From: Camelus dromedarius
Taxonomy: Eukaryota
DNA: 64,000 nt
NCBI RefSeq assembly: GCF_036321535.1
Contig: NC_087447.1
Coordinates: 42,286,001 to 42,350,000, forward strand
Reading direction: 5' to 3'
Part shown: positions 14,941 to 28,950 of the stretch, in pieces
How positions within the stretch are numbered: the stretch's first letter is position 1
Layout: each line of letters opens with the position of its first letter
Notes under the pieces: generated by a model
What the model saw: the letters and a program-made list of their open reading frames with translations, nothing else
Database searches by the model: none
Told to the model about the DNA's origin: nothing
Position numbers and translations under genes: made by a program

Positions 14941-15459
14941 TCATTATTGAGTAGCTACTATGAGCAGGACCCATGTGCTTTATGTGTGTTATTTCATTCA
15001 ATTGTCACGATTCTATGGGCAGGTATATTTACCATACTACTGTACAAACGAGAAATTGAGGCTTGGGGAAACAAACTCACTTTCCTTAGGACCAAAGGAA
15101 TTAAAAAAACTAATAATTAACAGTCAAAATCAGTATGTAGAGAAACCAGGATCTGAACTCATAACGGTATGACTCAATGGGTTTTTTTTTTCCTCCTCTA
15201 AATAACCATACCAATATTCTTAGAGCATTGTGAAATAATAAATCTAGCCAATTATAATGAACTTGTGAGGAACTTCCCCTGCTAAAGAAAAAAACTGAGT
15301 TCACTTTTTCTCAACTTTAAATAAATAAATTTACTAGCAAATTTAAATATTCTAAACTTGAAAAAATTTCCTCCTTTGGTTTCACAACAGTCTTTTAAAA
15401 CATGTTACAATCATTCTATAATAAAATATTTTATAAATAACAGGAGCTAATATTTATTA

Positions 15460-15690
15460 ATATTGAGCATTTACCATGTAACAAATATTATTCCAAGTGC
15501 TTTACATGTTCGTACATTTTATCCTCACAACTACCCTATGACGTGGATACTTACTATAATCCTCATTTTATGAATGATGAAACTGAAGCACAGGGAGGTT
15601 GAATAATTTGCTCAAAGTCACACAGCTAAAAGACAGCAGACCCAGATTTGAACCTAGACAGTCTGGCTGCAGAGCTGGGCTCACTGCTAC
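15460..15690. mobile_element. MIR SINE
   Basis: CCTCATTTTATGAATGATGAAACTGAAGCACAGGGAGGTT...GTCACACAGCT core; similar fragments near 1810-2170, 8295-8500, 11000-11180, 14945-15100, 24590-24830, 31540-31670, 53690-53860, 63640-63810. Confidence 0.75.
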
Positions 15691-16971
15691 TACGTATTCC
15701 ACCTCAAACCCCTGGTCCTCCCTACACAAAGTTAATACACACAAACATTTTGCCATATTTGCCTCAGATAGTTTTAAAGTTTTTATTCAGTTTTAAAGAC
15801 CAACACAAAGGGGAAGGGACCTTGCTAAAGACTTTTTTTTAATTAAACCAAAACATGGTAATTTATTAAGAGGAAAAGATATATTTGGGACAGAAATAAT
15901 GAATAGGCTACTGGATTACTTGATGGCCCAATTAAAAGAGTGAATCATGTAGATACACTGGGAAAAGATGTGCTCATTTGCCACAAAATGCTGTCATTTA
16001 CAAGGTTAATATAAATTTGTAATATGCCTCATGCACTAGTTATTGAGTACTGTCAATTCAGAGAGTAGTTACTACCCAGGAAATCTTGTATGAAAGAAAC
16101 ATGATAAAGGTTTTTTCAAATAAGGTAATAATACAAAACACTTAAAAATAAGAGTTATGAATGGAAACAAACTTCTCTAAGCCAAGCTGAATGAAAAGTG
16201 AATTATTTTATTCTTGCTATAGAAAATATTACAAGATCATTACCATATAAATTGGTGACTAAAAAGTACACAGCCAAACTATACAGGGAAAATGTATCTA
16301 GAGAAGTGTATCAGGCAGTTAATTACTAACAGTGTTCAATTTCCTTGATTTCCACACTTGTGGTATTTATTCTGTTCTTAAAATTTACAACTTGATTTCT
16401 TTTCTCTCTATAAATATTCACATATAGTTTTGTATTGGTAATTCTTATTTTTTATAAAAGAAGCTCCCCATGCTATAAGCTCTGAACCCACAACCTAAAT
16501 CCCCCTATATCTTTTTAATAGTTATATTTCTTTTTTTTTCCACCTTTATTGTGGTACAATTCCTGTACAGTAAATTACACATATTTCAGACACACAATTT
16601 GATGAATTATGATAGATGTGTACACCTATGAAACCAACACCATAATCAAGATAGCTAACATTTCCATCACTCCCCAAGAGGTGCAGATTTCGAACTCCCG
16701 ATTTACCCCTTTCAACTTTCAAATGTCTAATTTCATATTTCAAAAGCAGCCTCTATTTGAAGTCTTCCAAGGACCAGAGGTTTGCTATTCCAACTTGTTA
16801 CTGCACAACTCAAATAATTAGAAAAGATTTTCCTTAGACTGTGCCAAAAGTTGCAATCTTGTATTTCAGAGAACAAGAACCGTATGACAGCACTTCAGCA
16901 ACTAAAGGTAGGTCTTATTTTTCCCACACCCAACCGCTCTCTTATTTTACAGATGTTCAAAGCTAATTTAC

Positions 16972-17055
16972 CTTTGGAGGTATGGTGAATAAATGCTGTA
17001 GTTCCATCTTCTAACTGCACTGCTTGACCATCCTCTAAACGCAAACTGTCCCCTG
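16972..17055 (-). CDS. ZNF143: ZNF143 exon 5, 84 nt (81 nt with the distal NAGNAG acceptor)
   Basis: gag|CAGGGGAC...AAAG|gtaaat; (T)[27 protein letters not shown](D). Confidence 0.93.
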
Positions 17056-17594
17056 CTCAAGAACAATGCTTACATTTAGATCCCATGCTTTCCAAGCGTG
17101 TTCTGATAACACAGCAACAACAGAGCCAATAAACCATTAAACACATCATAAAAACCTACACTTGCTTTACGGATCCTAAATATTTAAATAATTTCAGCAA
17201 AGCTGCTCTGAGTAAGTGTTTGAAGGCAGAAAGATATTAGAATACCTGTTCTAGGACTCTATAGCAGGGGATAAGGAAAGTTGAAAGAAGGGGCAGAAAA
17301 AAAAAGAAGAAAATGAAAATATGTAGGATTTAGCTCAAATAACAGAAATATTCACTTAGAACTGTTGCCCATTTATCTCCAGAGTGCAGTCTAGTAAGTT
17401 CCTTTCCAGTATCTTTGAGACAATGTCTCAGTTAAGTTAAAATGGTCTTTGCATCCTCTCTTTGACATCTACCCATCTCCCCCTTGAGAAGAAGGACTAG
17501 AGATCAGGACCAAATTTAAGTAGTAAAAAGCAGCTGGAGGCAGCAAACACTGAAGTATGAGAATCAGGAGGGTAAGTAAGTATCAAATACTTAC

Positions 17595-17678
17595 TACTCT
17601 TAGGTATGGGTACATGTTGAACATAGGCAGCAGAACCATCCTCCAACTGAATGACCTGACCATCTATGAGTTTTCCAT
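17595..17678 (-). CDS. ZNF143: ZNF143 exon 4, 84 nt
   Basis: tag|ATGGAAAA...AGTA|gtaagt; (D)GKLIDGQVIQLEDGSAAYVQHVPIPKS(T). Confidence 0.96.
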
Positions 17679-18416
17679 CTAGAACAAAAGATGTAAGCCA
17701 ATAAATCAGCACAAGCAAAAATTTTAAACTTTATACAATTTCAAAATGATATCAACTATAAAAACATACACTACTTAAGATCATGTTCATCTTGATTCTT
17801 CCCTCATTGTTCTGAGGCAATTCAATAACACATCCAGTGATCCTACAGAAAGCAGAAAATCCTCCCTCAGCCATCCTTCCTCCCCTCCAATTTTCAATTA
17901 GACAAGTTCAAGGGGAAGAGTGGCTTATCACAGCAAACTACGTGACTCATGCTGTCAGAGCCACTTTGGAACAGTGACCCTGAACAGTGGGAAGCTGAAA
18001 CTGGGAAGATAGACAGATACATCAGTGTACGTGAGGCCCACTGTCATTCTCACTCCTGGGGGTTATAAGTTCCTTGACTACATATACATATGCTCAGCAG
18101 CTTTCCATAAAAACAAGGAAGTGGAGAACTAGGCTATTTCTTGAAGCAAAGTAAACACTGAGAGACAATGTTATACAGGCAAAACCAAATGTCTACTTTT
18201 ATGCATATTTTGTAAAAACTAATAACTTGAAATGTAAAAGCAAGAAAGATCTTACTAAATATAGGCTGGGGACACCACCCCTTCACTTATTCCTCACTGA
18301 TTTCGATACTCTATAGTATCGTCCAAATACCTCAAAAGGTGTCCTCAAATTATCAAAACAAAATTTAAGTTAAATGGAAACTATTTAAAATTACTGTATG
18401 CAATACAGTGTCTTTA

Positions 18417-18635
<219 letters not shown>

Positions 18636-18866
18636 CTATCATACGTGCATGCTGTGTAAGTTAATTTTTTAAAATAAAAGTTAGTCAAAAAGCAGACTGC
18701 TTAATTTAGACTCAAATGGGATTTCTTCTAGCATTCAGAGAAAAAATTTCCCTGCCCTACTGTATCCAGCATCCACACCAAGGTAAATATGCTCATAAAA
18801 AGGCTTAGTTTTGTGCTGACTTCAGCTAAACGGGGAGCGAAGTAAACACAGTGTTATGAACTTTCA

Positions 18867-19040
<174 letters not shown>

Positions 19041-19319
19041 CTACCTTGAAGAAAAATATAGGCATTGAGAACAAAGAACGATGCATATGAAATAAAATCT
19101 ACAAAGAATATTATGAACCACAAAAAACCTGCTAAGGAAGTGAACAATGTTTGAAATAGGCTGAAATTTCACTAAAATATACAGAGTATAAACCCAAATT
19201 CCAGAGAATGCTTTTAATAATTCATCAATAAACTACTGAGCACACTGACAAGTCTTGCCTATCAGTTTTGTACCACATCTAAAATTCCCATAAATTGTGT
19301 TCTTTGGGTTCAACATGGT

Positions 19320-20105
19320 TGAAGATTCCCACTTAGAATCATTCAGCAATACTGTTGACTCAGTCTTCAGAATCTAACCTGAATCTGGCCTCTTCTCACA
19401 AGCTTCACCATTACCTTCCTGATCCAACCATCACCATCTCTCACCCTGAGATGCTACTGCAGTAGCATCCTAACTGACCTCCCTGTTTCTGTGACCTCCC
19501 CACAGTCTCTTCCCAACACAGCAGAGTGTCCTTTTGAAGGGAAAAGTTAGATTGTGTCTCTCTTCTGATAAAAACCTTTTGATGGTTTCTCATCAGAGCA
19601 AAGCCAAGTGTCATTACACTAGCCTGTGAGGCCAATGACCTTGTCCCTTATTTCTATCACTATCTCTTTCATTCCATTTCAGCCACACTGGTGTCCTTGC
19701 TTTTCCTCAAACACACTGGGTCTACTGCCTCAGGACCTTTAGGTTTGATGTTCCTTCTGCCTGAAACATTCTCCTGGTATCTGAATTAATCATTCCATCA
19801 TCTTCTTCAAGTCTTTGTTCAATGTCACTTCAATGAGAGTTTCCTTGTTCACCTCATTTCAAACTGTACCCTCCACCCAACAATGATGATATATCCTATC
19901 CCTCTTCCCTCCATTATATTTCTGCATTAATACTCATTATTTGACTTATTACATGTATTTACTTATTTTGTTTGTTTCTTATCTATTTCCTCCTCAACTA
20001 GGACAGGGATTTTTATCTGTTTGCTCACTGCTGACTCAAATGCCTAAAAGATACTTTGCACAGAGAGAAGACATACAATAGGTGCTGAATAAATGGATGA
20101 GTGAA
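19320..20105. mobile_element. L2 3' region
   Basis: Pyrimidine-rich L2-like motifs ending GCTGAATAAATGGATGAGTGAATG. Confidence 0.65.
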
Positions 20106-20554
20106 TGGCTCTTTTACCAATCACCACCACAACCCCCTTCCTCCATTTTCCCACCTTCAGGTCCCACTACCTCTGTGGGCCTTGAGTTGTCTCAAACAAG
20201 AGTTAATAACAATAATTAATAATAAAGTTAATAACAACTTAGCTGCCTTGAGCCAGGGAACTGGACCAGAGGATCTCCTGAGGATCTTTCCAGGTCTAAA
20301 GACCTGATTTTAGTCAATATTTTAAAAAGCAATATGCAGATAGTAGTAATAATTTCCAATTATATTTATGTTTAGGACTAAAAGATTTTTGTTTTGTAAA
20401 CACTATAAACTGCACCCTCTTTGGATTAAAGCCAGCGACTACGGTTTAGGCTCACAGAAAGGTACTGGCACTGTGATAAAAGTCAATCAAGGGCTACCTT
20501 TTCAGAGATTTCTGAAAGATTTATAATCTGTAATTGTTCATAGAGCAGAATGAA

Positions 20555-20717
20555 GGGGGAGGGTACAGCTCAGTTGTAGAGTGTGTGCTTAGCATGCACA
20601 AGGTCTTGGGTTCAATCCCCAGTACCTCCACTAAAAAATAAAATTAAATTTAAAAATTAATTTAACAATACATAAAGAAACCTAATCACCTTCCCCCCCA
20701 AACCAAAAACAAAACAA
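20555..20717 (+). mobile_element. tRNA-Ala-derived SINE
   Basis: Same head and tail; imperfect TSD CATAGAGCAGAATGAA / CACAGAGCAGACTGAA. Confidence 0.9.
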
Positions 20718-20764
20718 CACAGAGCAGACTGAAACTTCAATACTTCCTTGCTGTATTATTCTAT

Positions 20765-21050
20765 GTGAAATAAGCTAGTCACAAAAAGACAAATACTGCA
20801 TGATTCCACTTATATAAAGTATCTAAAGTAGTCAGACTCTTAGCAAACAGGATGGTAGCTGTCAAGTACTAAGGTGAAAGGGGGAGTTGTTATCCAATGG
20901 GTATAGAGTTTGAGGTTTTCCAAGATGAAAAAGTTCTAGAGATCTATCACATGACAGTGTGCATATAGTTAACATTACTATATTCTACATTTAAAAATGG
21001 TTAAGATGGTAAATTTTATGTTGGTTTTTTTACCATAATTTTTAAAAAAA
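20765..21050 (+). mobile_element. Old L1 (L1MA/MB-like) 3' end
   Basis: GTCACAAAAAGACAAATACTGCATGATTCCACTTATAT...GATGAAAAAGTTCT. Confidence 0.75.
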
Positions 21051-21672
21051 AGTCTGGACACATATGGCATAATGTTAGGATCTGTTAAAAACCAAGTGGG
21101 TATATGAGTGTTTATTCAATTACTTATACAGGTACTCCTCCTTATGTTTGATAGATTTCATAATTTTAGAAGTGAAAAATATCCAGAATTATGGGCAAGA
21201 AGAAGAAGAATGTCTTAAAATTGATGGTTAAAATTACTAACTAAATACTAAGCTGACTTCATACCTTAAAAAAACAAAAAATTAATCTTTCCTCAGTGGC
21301 TTAAATCTACATCAGACCAATATTTTATAACATGAAGCTCTTAGATATTTCAAGTTTGGTCTAATTTGTTAGACAATTATCACCACAAATTATTATGAAA
21401 ACATAAATCTAATGGTTCAGGTATACAAGAAAGAACTCCAATTGCAAGTAATCTTTACTGTGATAAGAAATGATACTAAAAGAAATCCAGATTAACAAAT
21501 CCTAGATGTGTTTTTGCATGAAGCCACACAAACCAGGTCAAAAGCTGTCAAGCTCAGGTCCTAACCTCAGGCCGGTTTCACCTAAACATTTAACAGAGAA
21601 ACTAGGCCTTTCTTTTACCTGGTCTCAATTCCAAATTTTCCTTATAAATTTACTACTATACAAAGTGCTTCT

Positions 21673-21796
21673 GGGGGAGGGTATAACTCAGTGCGGAGAG
21701 TGCGTGCTTAGCATGCATGAGGTCTTGGGTTCAATCCCCAGCACCTCCATTAAAATAAATAATAAATAAATAAACCTAATTACCTTGCCCCCCAAA
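21673..21796 (+). mobile_element. tRNA-Ala-derived SINE
   Basis: TSD AAAGTGCTTCT at 21662-21672 and 21797-21807. Confidence 0.92.
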
Positions 21797-23574
21797 AAAG
21801 TGCTTCTACATTTAAGTCTGGTCATTCATGCTGCATCTTATGACATTTCTTAACCTGGAATGAGGAGGTTTCTTAGTATAGCAACATAAAGACCGTGGGC
21901 TACCCTGTACCCACGGTTTGCAGTTTATTGATTCAGTTACACTTCTTTGATTCACATTTGTGGAAAACTGTCTTTAAATCTTTACAGTTTTATTTAAATA
22001 CACCCAGGGAGTAAGCATGTTCCAAATGATGAATGTAATTCAGTTAAGTACAGAGTAAGTAGAACATGCTGGCAAATGAGGTAGTTTTCATAGATTCCAC
22101 GGGATGCTAAAGGGTAAAGTGGAGGGACAGAGTTTACACTCCCAATTTTAAAGAAGTAGAATATTCTATTGGATGGGTGAAAGTTAGAACTTGAAGACTC
22201 TGTCAAGTTCCAGGACCATTCAGAAACGGAATATTTGAAATTGGCAGGCAGCTGAGATGAGGGTTAGGAGACCTAAAACTAAAAATACTTGTGAGAAAAA
22301 GAGGTGAGAACAGAGACAAGAATTTAGAAATGGACATTTAGGTCTATTCATCAGGAATCTCAACTTTGGTGATGGTTTTATCTTAACTGAACCACTGATA
22401 CGAAAAAGAACCTTAAAAAAAGTCTCTCCTAAACCTCAACAAAGTAGCACTAACAACATGGCTTGCTACAGGAATATTCGCATGGTTCAGTTTGCTAAGC
22501 ATGCCCTGGCTTGCTTTCACTGAGACTATGGAGTTTGAGGAATAGAAGCTGCAGAAGAGAAAGGTACTGACACACTCCAACTCCACTTCTGACATTGCTC
22601 CATGAAAAAAAGCATAAAGTTTCAAAACTACAAGGCTAGATTGTACTTTATTTCCCTTAAGATAAACACTGTATATGTTAATATTTATTACCCAAATTGC
22701 TTATCCTATCACAGGTAAGGGAAGCAAACCATTGTTAGATAATTATGAAAATTACAGAGGGCACTCCTGACACACAACTCTATAATAAATTAGATCCTTT
22801 GTCCAAAAAAGTATGTTGAATAGGACACTAAACATGGATAGTTAAAACATACACCTCTAGTCAGAAATAACTGTATGGGTCTCATATTTACAAAGCACTT
22901 TTCAGATCTAACAACTTATTTGATGGAATAGTCCTGAAGGGCCATAAAAGTTCTTGGGCTCTTCCAATCTCTTCTGAATCCCCAAAGCTGTCCAGCATAC
23001 TTACAGTTCTTTGTTTTTTCATGATGACTATTTAAAATACTTTCCATTTGTCTCAAACCTTCAACCCCTACTCCCTCTCCTGCTATCCCCGACCCTGTCT
23101 CCTTCACCACCTCATTTTCAGCAAATTAATCAACCCCCAACTTCACAGAAAATACAAAAGTCATCAGAGAGGAATTCTCTACCAACAAGCCTATTACGTC
23201 TCTCCATTTTCACACATTTCTTCTTTCTCTCCTACCATATTATCTTCTCATAAGGTAGGACTAATCCTTCCAACCTATACTCTGCATTTCATCTGTCTTT
23301 CCTCCTTAGGGATCTCAGGGACCTCTTCTGTAAACAATCTCCTTCTCTCTTTCCCAGTTCCTTCCCATCAATAACTTAAAACACAAAAATAAAATCAAAC
23401 AAAATCTTGCCTCTGACTCAGCTACCAGTCTCTCTTCATCATGGCTAGTTTTCCTTAATAGTTATTACTAAGAATACTTTCTGATTTCCCAGTGCCATTG
23501 ATCTGGTTTCTCTCCCTAAGTACTGAAACTGCTCTGGCTGTGGTCACAAACCTTCACTTTAACACGAAGTCTAA

Positions 23575-24050
23575 TGGCCATTCCTAGGTATATTTACCCA
23601 AGAAAAATGAAAATATTCATCCATAAAAAGACTTGTACAAGAACATCCATAGCAGTTTTATTCCTAATAGTTCCAAATTGGAATGAATTCAAATGTCCAT
23701 CAATAAAAGAATGGATAAAGAAGTGATAAAATCATACAGTAGATTAATACCTAGCAATAAGGAGAAACAAACTACATACATGTACATATAATAACACTGG
23801 AGACTCTCAAAAACATTATGCTGAGGGAAATAAGACAGACAAAATAATACATATTGTATCATTCCATTAATATAACTCCTACAGGCAAAATTAATCTACA
23901 GTGGTAGAAATCAAAATGTGGTTGCAAGGTTGGGGGACTAACTGTAAAGAGGAACAAGGGAATTTTCTGTGGTGATGGAAATGTTCTATCTTCTTTTGGG
24001 TGATCATCTGAGTGTATACATAACTGCCAAAACTCATCAAATTAAACATG
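23575..24050 (+). mobile_element. Old L1 fragment interrupting an L2-like region
   Basis: ATTCCTAGGTATATTTACCCAAG...GGTGATGGAAATGTTCT. Confidence 0.7.
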
Positions 24051-25292
24051 GATGAGTTTTAAAAATGATCAGATGTTACAAGAGTTAAACACACACACAA
24101 AAATGTGATGGATACTTTTCAGTCTTATATCTGATTCAATACCTTTGACCTTTATCTCCTTCTTAGAGCATTCTCTTGGCTTGGCTTCTATGACATCCAC
24201 ACACTCCTGGTATTCTCCAGCTTCCTAGCTAATCCTTTTCCATTTCTCCTATGGGTTCCTAAATATTGAGCATTCTCAAATTTCTGTCTTAGTTTTTTCA
24301 TTTTATGTACTCTTCCTCCTGGAATATCATATCTGTATCCATGGCTTCAAAGATCTCTGGAATATGTAAGTTCTTTAAATTAATCTATCTAGTCTTTTCT
24401 CTTCAGGGCTCCTGATCTATATATATCTAGCTACTTACTGGCTTTGGTGAGCTTCGTGGTCCACAGTCACCTCTATCTTAACACAGTCTCCCACAAAATT
24501 CTCATTTTGTATTTTCTACCTCAGTGACAAATGCAATCACCAACCCAGTAGCTCGAATCTCCCTTACCTAGGAAAGAATGCTTATAAGAGGTAGTAGAAC
24601 ATTATACTTATGAATGAGGACTCTGGAGCCAGACAGCCTGCTTCAAAATCTCGTTTTACCACATATTATCTATGTGACCTTGGGCAACTTACTTAACCAC
24701 TCTACGCCAGTTTCCCTACCTGTACATGGAAGGTACTTCACAGAGGTGTAGTGAGGTATTTGTGTTAAATATACATTCCTTGGAACAGCACTGGCATTAC
24801 ATATATGCTTGCTATTAACACTTATCAGTAATTTAAAGTTAAGGAGAAGAGATTGTATAGCTCTGTGTCTCCATCTTATTCACTATTTTCTCCTACTACT
24901 GTACAAGGGTATTGCAAAGAAGAAAGAAAACAAAACAAAAAAAGGTTCTGGAGACATGTTATTCAAGAGGAACCTTCCTCCTGTTTATGCTTTTCTTTTT
25001 TGAAATGATCTTTATTAAGATATAATTCACATACCATGAAATTTACCCATTTAAGGTACACAATTCAATGGCTTTAGTATATTCAGGATTGTATAACCAC
25101 CACAACCTGAATTCAAAGTATTTTTATTATCCTCAAAAAGAAAACCCTACCTCCCACTTCCCAAAGCCCTAGGCAATCACTAATCTACTTTCTATCTCTA
25201 TACATTTGCTTATTCTGGACATTTCATATAAATGGAATCATAGTATGTGGTCTTTTGTAACTGCCTTCTTTCACTTAAACATAATGTTTTCA

Positions 25293-26005
25293 TGGTGCAG
25301 CCACTGTGGAAAACAGTATGGAGATTCCTCAAAAGACTAGGAATAGACTTCCCATATGACCCAGTAATCACACTCCTGGGCATATATCCAGAAGGAACCC
25401 TACTTCAAAAAGATACCTGCACCTCAATGTTCATAGATTTACAATAGCCAAGACATGGAAACAGCCTAAATGTCCATCAACAGATGACTGGATAAAGAAG
25501 AGGTGGTATATGTATACAATGGAATACTATTCAGCCATAAAAACCAACAACATAACACCATTTGCAGCAACATGGATGTTCCTGGAGAATGTCATTCTAA
25601 GTGAAGCAAGCCAGAAAGAGAAAGAAAAATACCATATAAGATTGCTCATATGTGGAATCTAAAAATAATAATAAAATAAATAAATACAAAACAGAAACAG
25701 ACTCATAGACATAGAATACAAACTTGTGGTTGCCCATGGGGGAGGAGGGTGGGAAGGGATAGACTGGGAGTTCAAAATTTGTAGATACTGATGGGCATAT
25801 GCAGAATAGATAAACAAGATTATACTGTATAGCACAGGGAAATATATACAAGATTTTGTGGTAGCTCACAGTGAAAAAAAAGTGACAATGAATATATGCA
25901 TGTTCATGTATAAGTGAAAAATTGTGGCCTACACTGGAATTTGACACAACATTGCAAAATGACTGTAACTCAATTAAAAAAAAGTTTAAAAACAAACAAA
26001 AAAAC
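25293..26005 (+). mobile_element. Young L1 3' end nested in older L1
   Basis: ORF2 C-terminal remnant [35 protein letters not shown] at 25284-25292 and 26006-26014. Confidence 0.9.
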
Positions 26006-26217
26006 ATGTTTTCAAGTTTCCTCCATGTTGTAGCATATATCAGTACTTCATTCCTTTTTACTGTAGAATAATATTCCACTGTATGAATGTACCACATTTT
26101 ATTTATCCATTCATCTGCTGATAGACATTTGAATTGTTTCCACTTTTTGGCTATCGTAAATAATGCTACGAATATTTGTGTACAAGATTTTGTGTGAACG
26201 TGTTTCATTTCTCTCCA

Positions 26218-26218
<1 letters not shown>

Positions 26219-26252
<34 letters not shown>
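26219..26252. repeat. (TA)n microsatellite
   Basis: About 17 perfect TA units. Confidence 0.95.
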
Positions 26253-26255
<3 letters not shown>

Positions 26256-26593
26256 CTAGAAGTAGAATTGCTGGGTCATATGGTAACACTATGCTAAAGT
26301 TCTGAGGAACTGTCAAACTTTTTCAAAGTAGTTGCACCATTTTATACTCCCACTAGCAATGTATGAGCATTCCAATTTCTTGACATCCTAGTTAACATTT
26401 GTTATTAGTCTTTTTGATTATAGCCATCCTAGTGGGTATGAAGTGGTATCACACTGTGGTTTTGATTTGCGTTTCCCTGATGGCTATTAATGTTGAACAT
26501 CTTTTCACGTATTAATCAACCTTTAGTATGTCTTCTTTGGAGAATTATCTGCTCAGGTCCTTTGCCTATTTAAAAAAATGAACTGGGATCTAT

Positions 26594-26678
26594 GGTGGCT
26601 ATAGCTCAGTGGTAGAGCATATGCTTAGCATGTGCAAGGTCTTGGATTCAATCCCCAGTGGCTCTGGTAAAAAAAAAT
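26594..26678 (+). mobile_element. tRNA-Ala-derived SINE, short form, nested in L1
   Basis: CTATAGCTCAGTGGTAGAGCATATGCTTAGC...poly(A). Confidence 0.85.
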
Positions 26679-28392
26679 TTTTAATGGTTATTTGTCATAT
26701 TATTGAGTGCTAAGAGTTCTTTATATATTCTGGATATTAATCCTTTACCAGATACAGGAATTGCAAATATTTTTTCCACTCTGTGGGTTGTCCTCCAATT
26801 CAGTCTTTAGGAGTAAAGTTTCAACAAGGGATGGAAAAAGAAAACCTCACCATAAAGAATCTTCAGATTTCAGTTCTTGGGGATACTTCTACTCTTAGTA
26901 TACTTCATTTTTCAAACCACTTTTTCAGTTTGGAAAACTAACCTCATTTAAAAAAATTAGTGCATAATATGGAAGCTATTAAATCTTTATTAGTAGTTAG
27001 AATCCTATTTTTCAAACTAAATCTTACCTCAAACCCTAATATTAAAAAAAAGCTAAAAGTGGTATTGTATTATAAATATATAGTTTAAGTGTAACCTTTT
27101 AACTTTATTCACTCAATGTGAATTAAACTCAAAATTTTAAATCAAAGTAATAGATGGCAATAACAGGTTTATGCACCCAATAGTCTGAATAACCAAAAGA
27201 AGAGAAAGACAATCTTGACTCACATAGATTAGTTTAGATAACCATTTTTTAAAAAAACTCATAATATGCTTCAATCAAACAGATCCATCAGTAAGAATCA
27301 TGTTTCAAGTCAAATCACTAGTTGTTTTCAACATTTGCACATTGAAGTATCTACATGCCAGAAAAAAACAGAGGGAACATATAGTACAGAAGCACTGAGT
27401 ACATCCTTTCTATGGAGAACAACTCTACTTCCATTGAACATATAAGTAGAAAAGGCATGATATTTCTGCATATATTTAGATATTTTTGTCTCACATTACC
27501 TCTTATACCTGAGAGTGGAAAACTGAACACAACCTTAGTACTAGAGTTGAAGGAAAATGGCCTACTAGTTGTAGCACAGACAAGCTGGCTAGCTATACCA
27601 GCACTGTTTCAGCACTCTTTCATTAACTTCTGTAAAAAAATAAGATGCAAATTTAAGGAAATCAGTGGTTTGTTCTCACATGAGGTAATTATGTACTACT
27701 TTGTTCTCTTTAAATTACATTTAAACCAAACTGGCAACCACCACCACAACTTTACCTTAAAATAATAATCTAAGTACATTTTGTATGCAAAAGATAAGAA
27801 TCTCACTACAGCTACATAAAGAGATAAAATAAAAATAAAAGGTAAAAATAAACAATTTCAGTGTATAAAAATACTGAATCACTATGTTGTATATGTGAAA
27901 CAAATACTGTAAATCAACTCTACTTCAATTAAAAAAGAGGAAAAAAATCTCCTTTTCCTTCTGAAAGTTTTCTTTCTCCAAAAGGAAGACAAAAAATAAT
28001 TTCTAAAGGTGACTGTAAACAACAGATTTTTAATAATAGACATGTATTTCCTAGTATATTTTCCTTAAACCTTGTCTTCCACAGAATCCTCAATAAGAAC
28101 CATGTCCATTTACAAAAAGCTCACCAGTTGAATCTAACATGTACTCCTGATTTACAAACAGCTCTATAATACATCAACTAAAAACATTTACACACGTCTC
28201 AAATCAAATTGCCCTACCTGAAAGCCTGCCAGCGATTCTTCTTCCCCTCAGTCATAAACAGAAAGGCCAAATGTCACACAAAAGGGAAAAATTTCAGCCT
28301 CCATCTCATCTTTCACCTTGAAATCCCAGGTAGACACTATACAACAGGTGGGCGGAGAGGTCTCCTGGGAATGCCTCACCTTGTCATTCACT

Positions 28393-28950
28393 TTTTTTTA
28401 AAATTGAAGTACAATTGATTTACAATGTTGTGTTTCAGGTGTACAGCAAAGTGATCCACTTATATACATACATATACATACATATATATATATATTCTTT
28501 TTCATATTCTTTTCCATTATAGGTTATTACAAGATACTGAATATAGTTCCCTGTGCTATACAGTAGGTCCTAGTAATGAGTATCTGTTAATCTCAAACTT
28601 CTAATTTATTCCTCCCACCTCCCTTTCCCCTTTAGTAACCATAAGTTTGTTTTCTATGACTGTTAGTCTGTTTCTGTTTTGTACCATTTTTTTAGATTCC
28701 ACATATAAGTGATACCATATGATATTTGTCTTTCTCTGTCTGACTTACTTCACTAAGCACAATACCATCCAAGTGCATCCATGTTGTTACAAATGGCAAA
28801 TTTCCAGTCTTTTTATGGCTAAATACTCCATTGTATATATGTACACCGCAACTTCTTTATCCATTCATCTGATGATGGGCACTTAGGTTGCTTCCATACC
28901 TTGGTTATTGTAAACAGTGCTGCTGCGAACACTGGGGTGCATGTATCTTC
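28393..28950 (-). mobile_element. L1 3' end
   Basis: TTTTTTTAAAATTGAAGTAC...TTAGATTCCACATATAAGTGA. Confidence 0.85.

Larger units (their letters stand above)
25000..26790 (-). mobile_element. Older L1 (L1MB-like) hosting nested insertions
   Basis: TTCTGGACATTTCATATAAATGGAATCAT...CATCCTAGTGGGTATGAAGTGGTATC; interrupted at 25293-26005 and 26594-26678. Confidence 0.82.

Noticed and set aside
18304..18321. Inverted repeat CGATACT-CTAT-AGTATCG
   Set aside because: A 7-bp stem is expected by chance in 64 kb
22400..22570. Strong acceptor-like TTTCTCTTCTGCAG on - in ZNF143 intron 1
   Set aside because: No convincing downstream donor found
25597..26316. Longest ORF in the track (239 aa)
   Set aside because: Chimeric read-through across two oppositely oriented L1 pieces and a (TA)n run; not a gene
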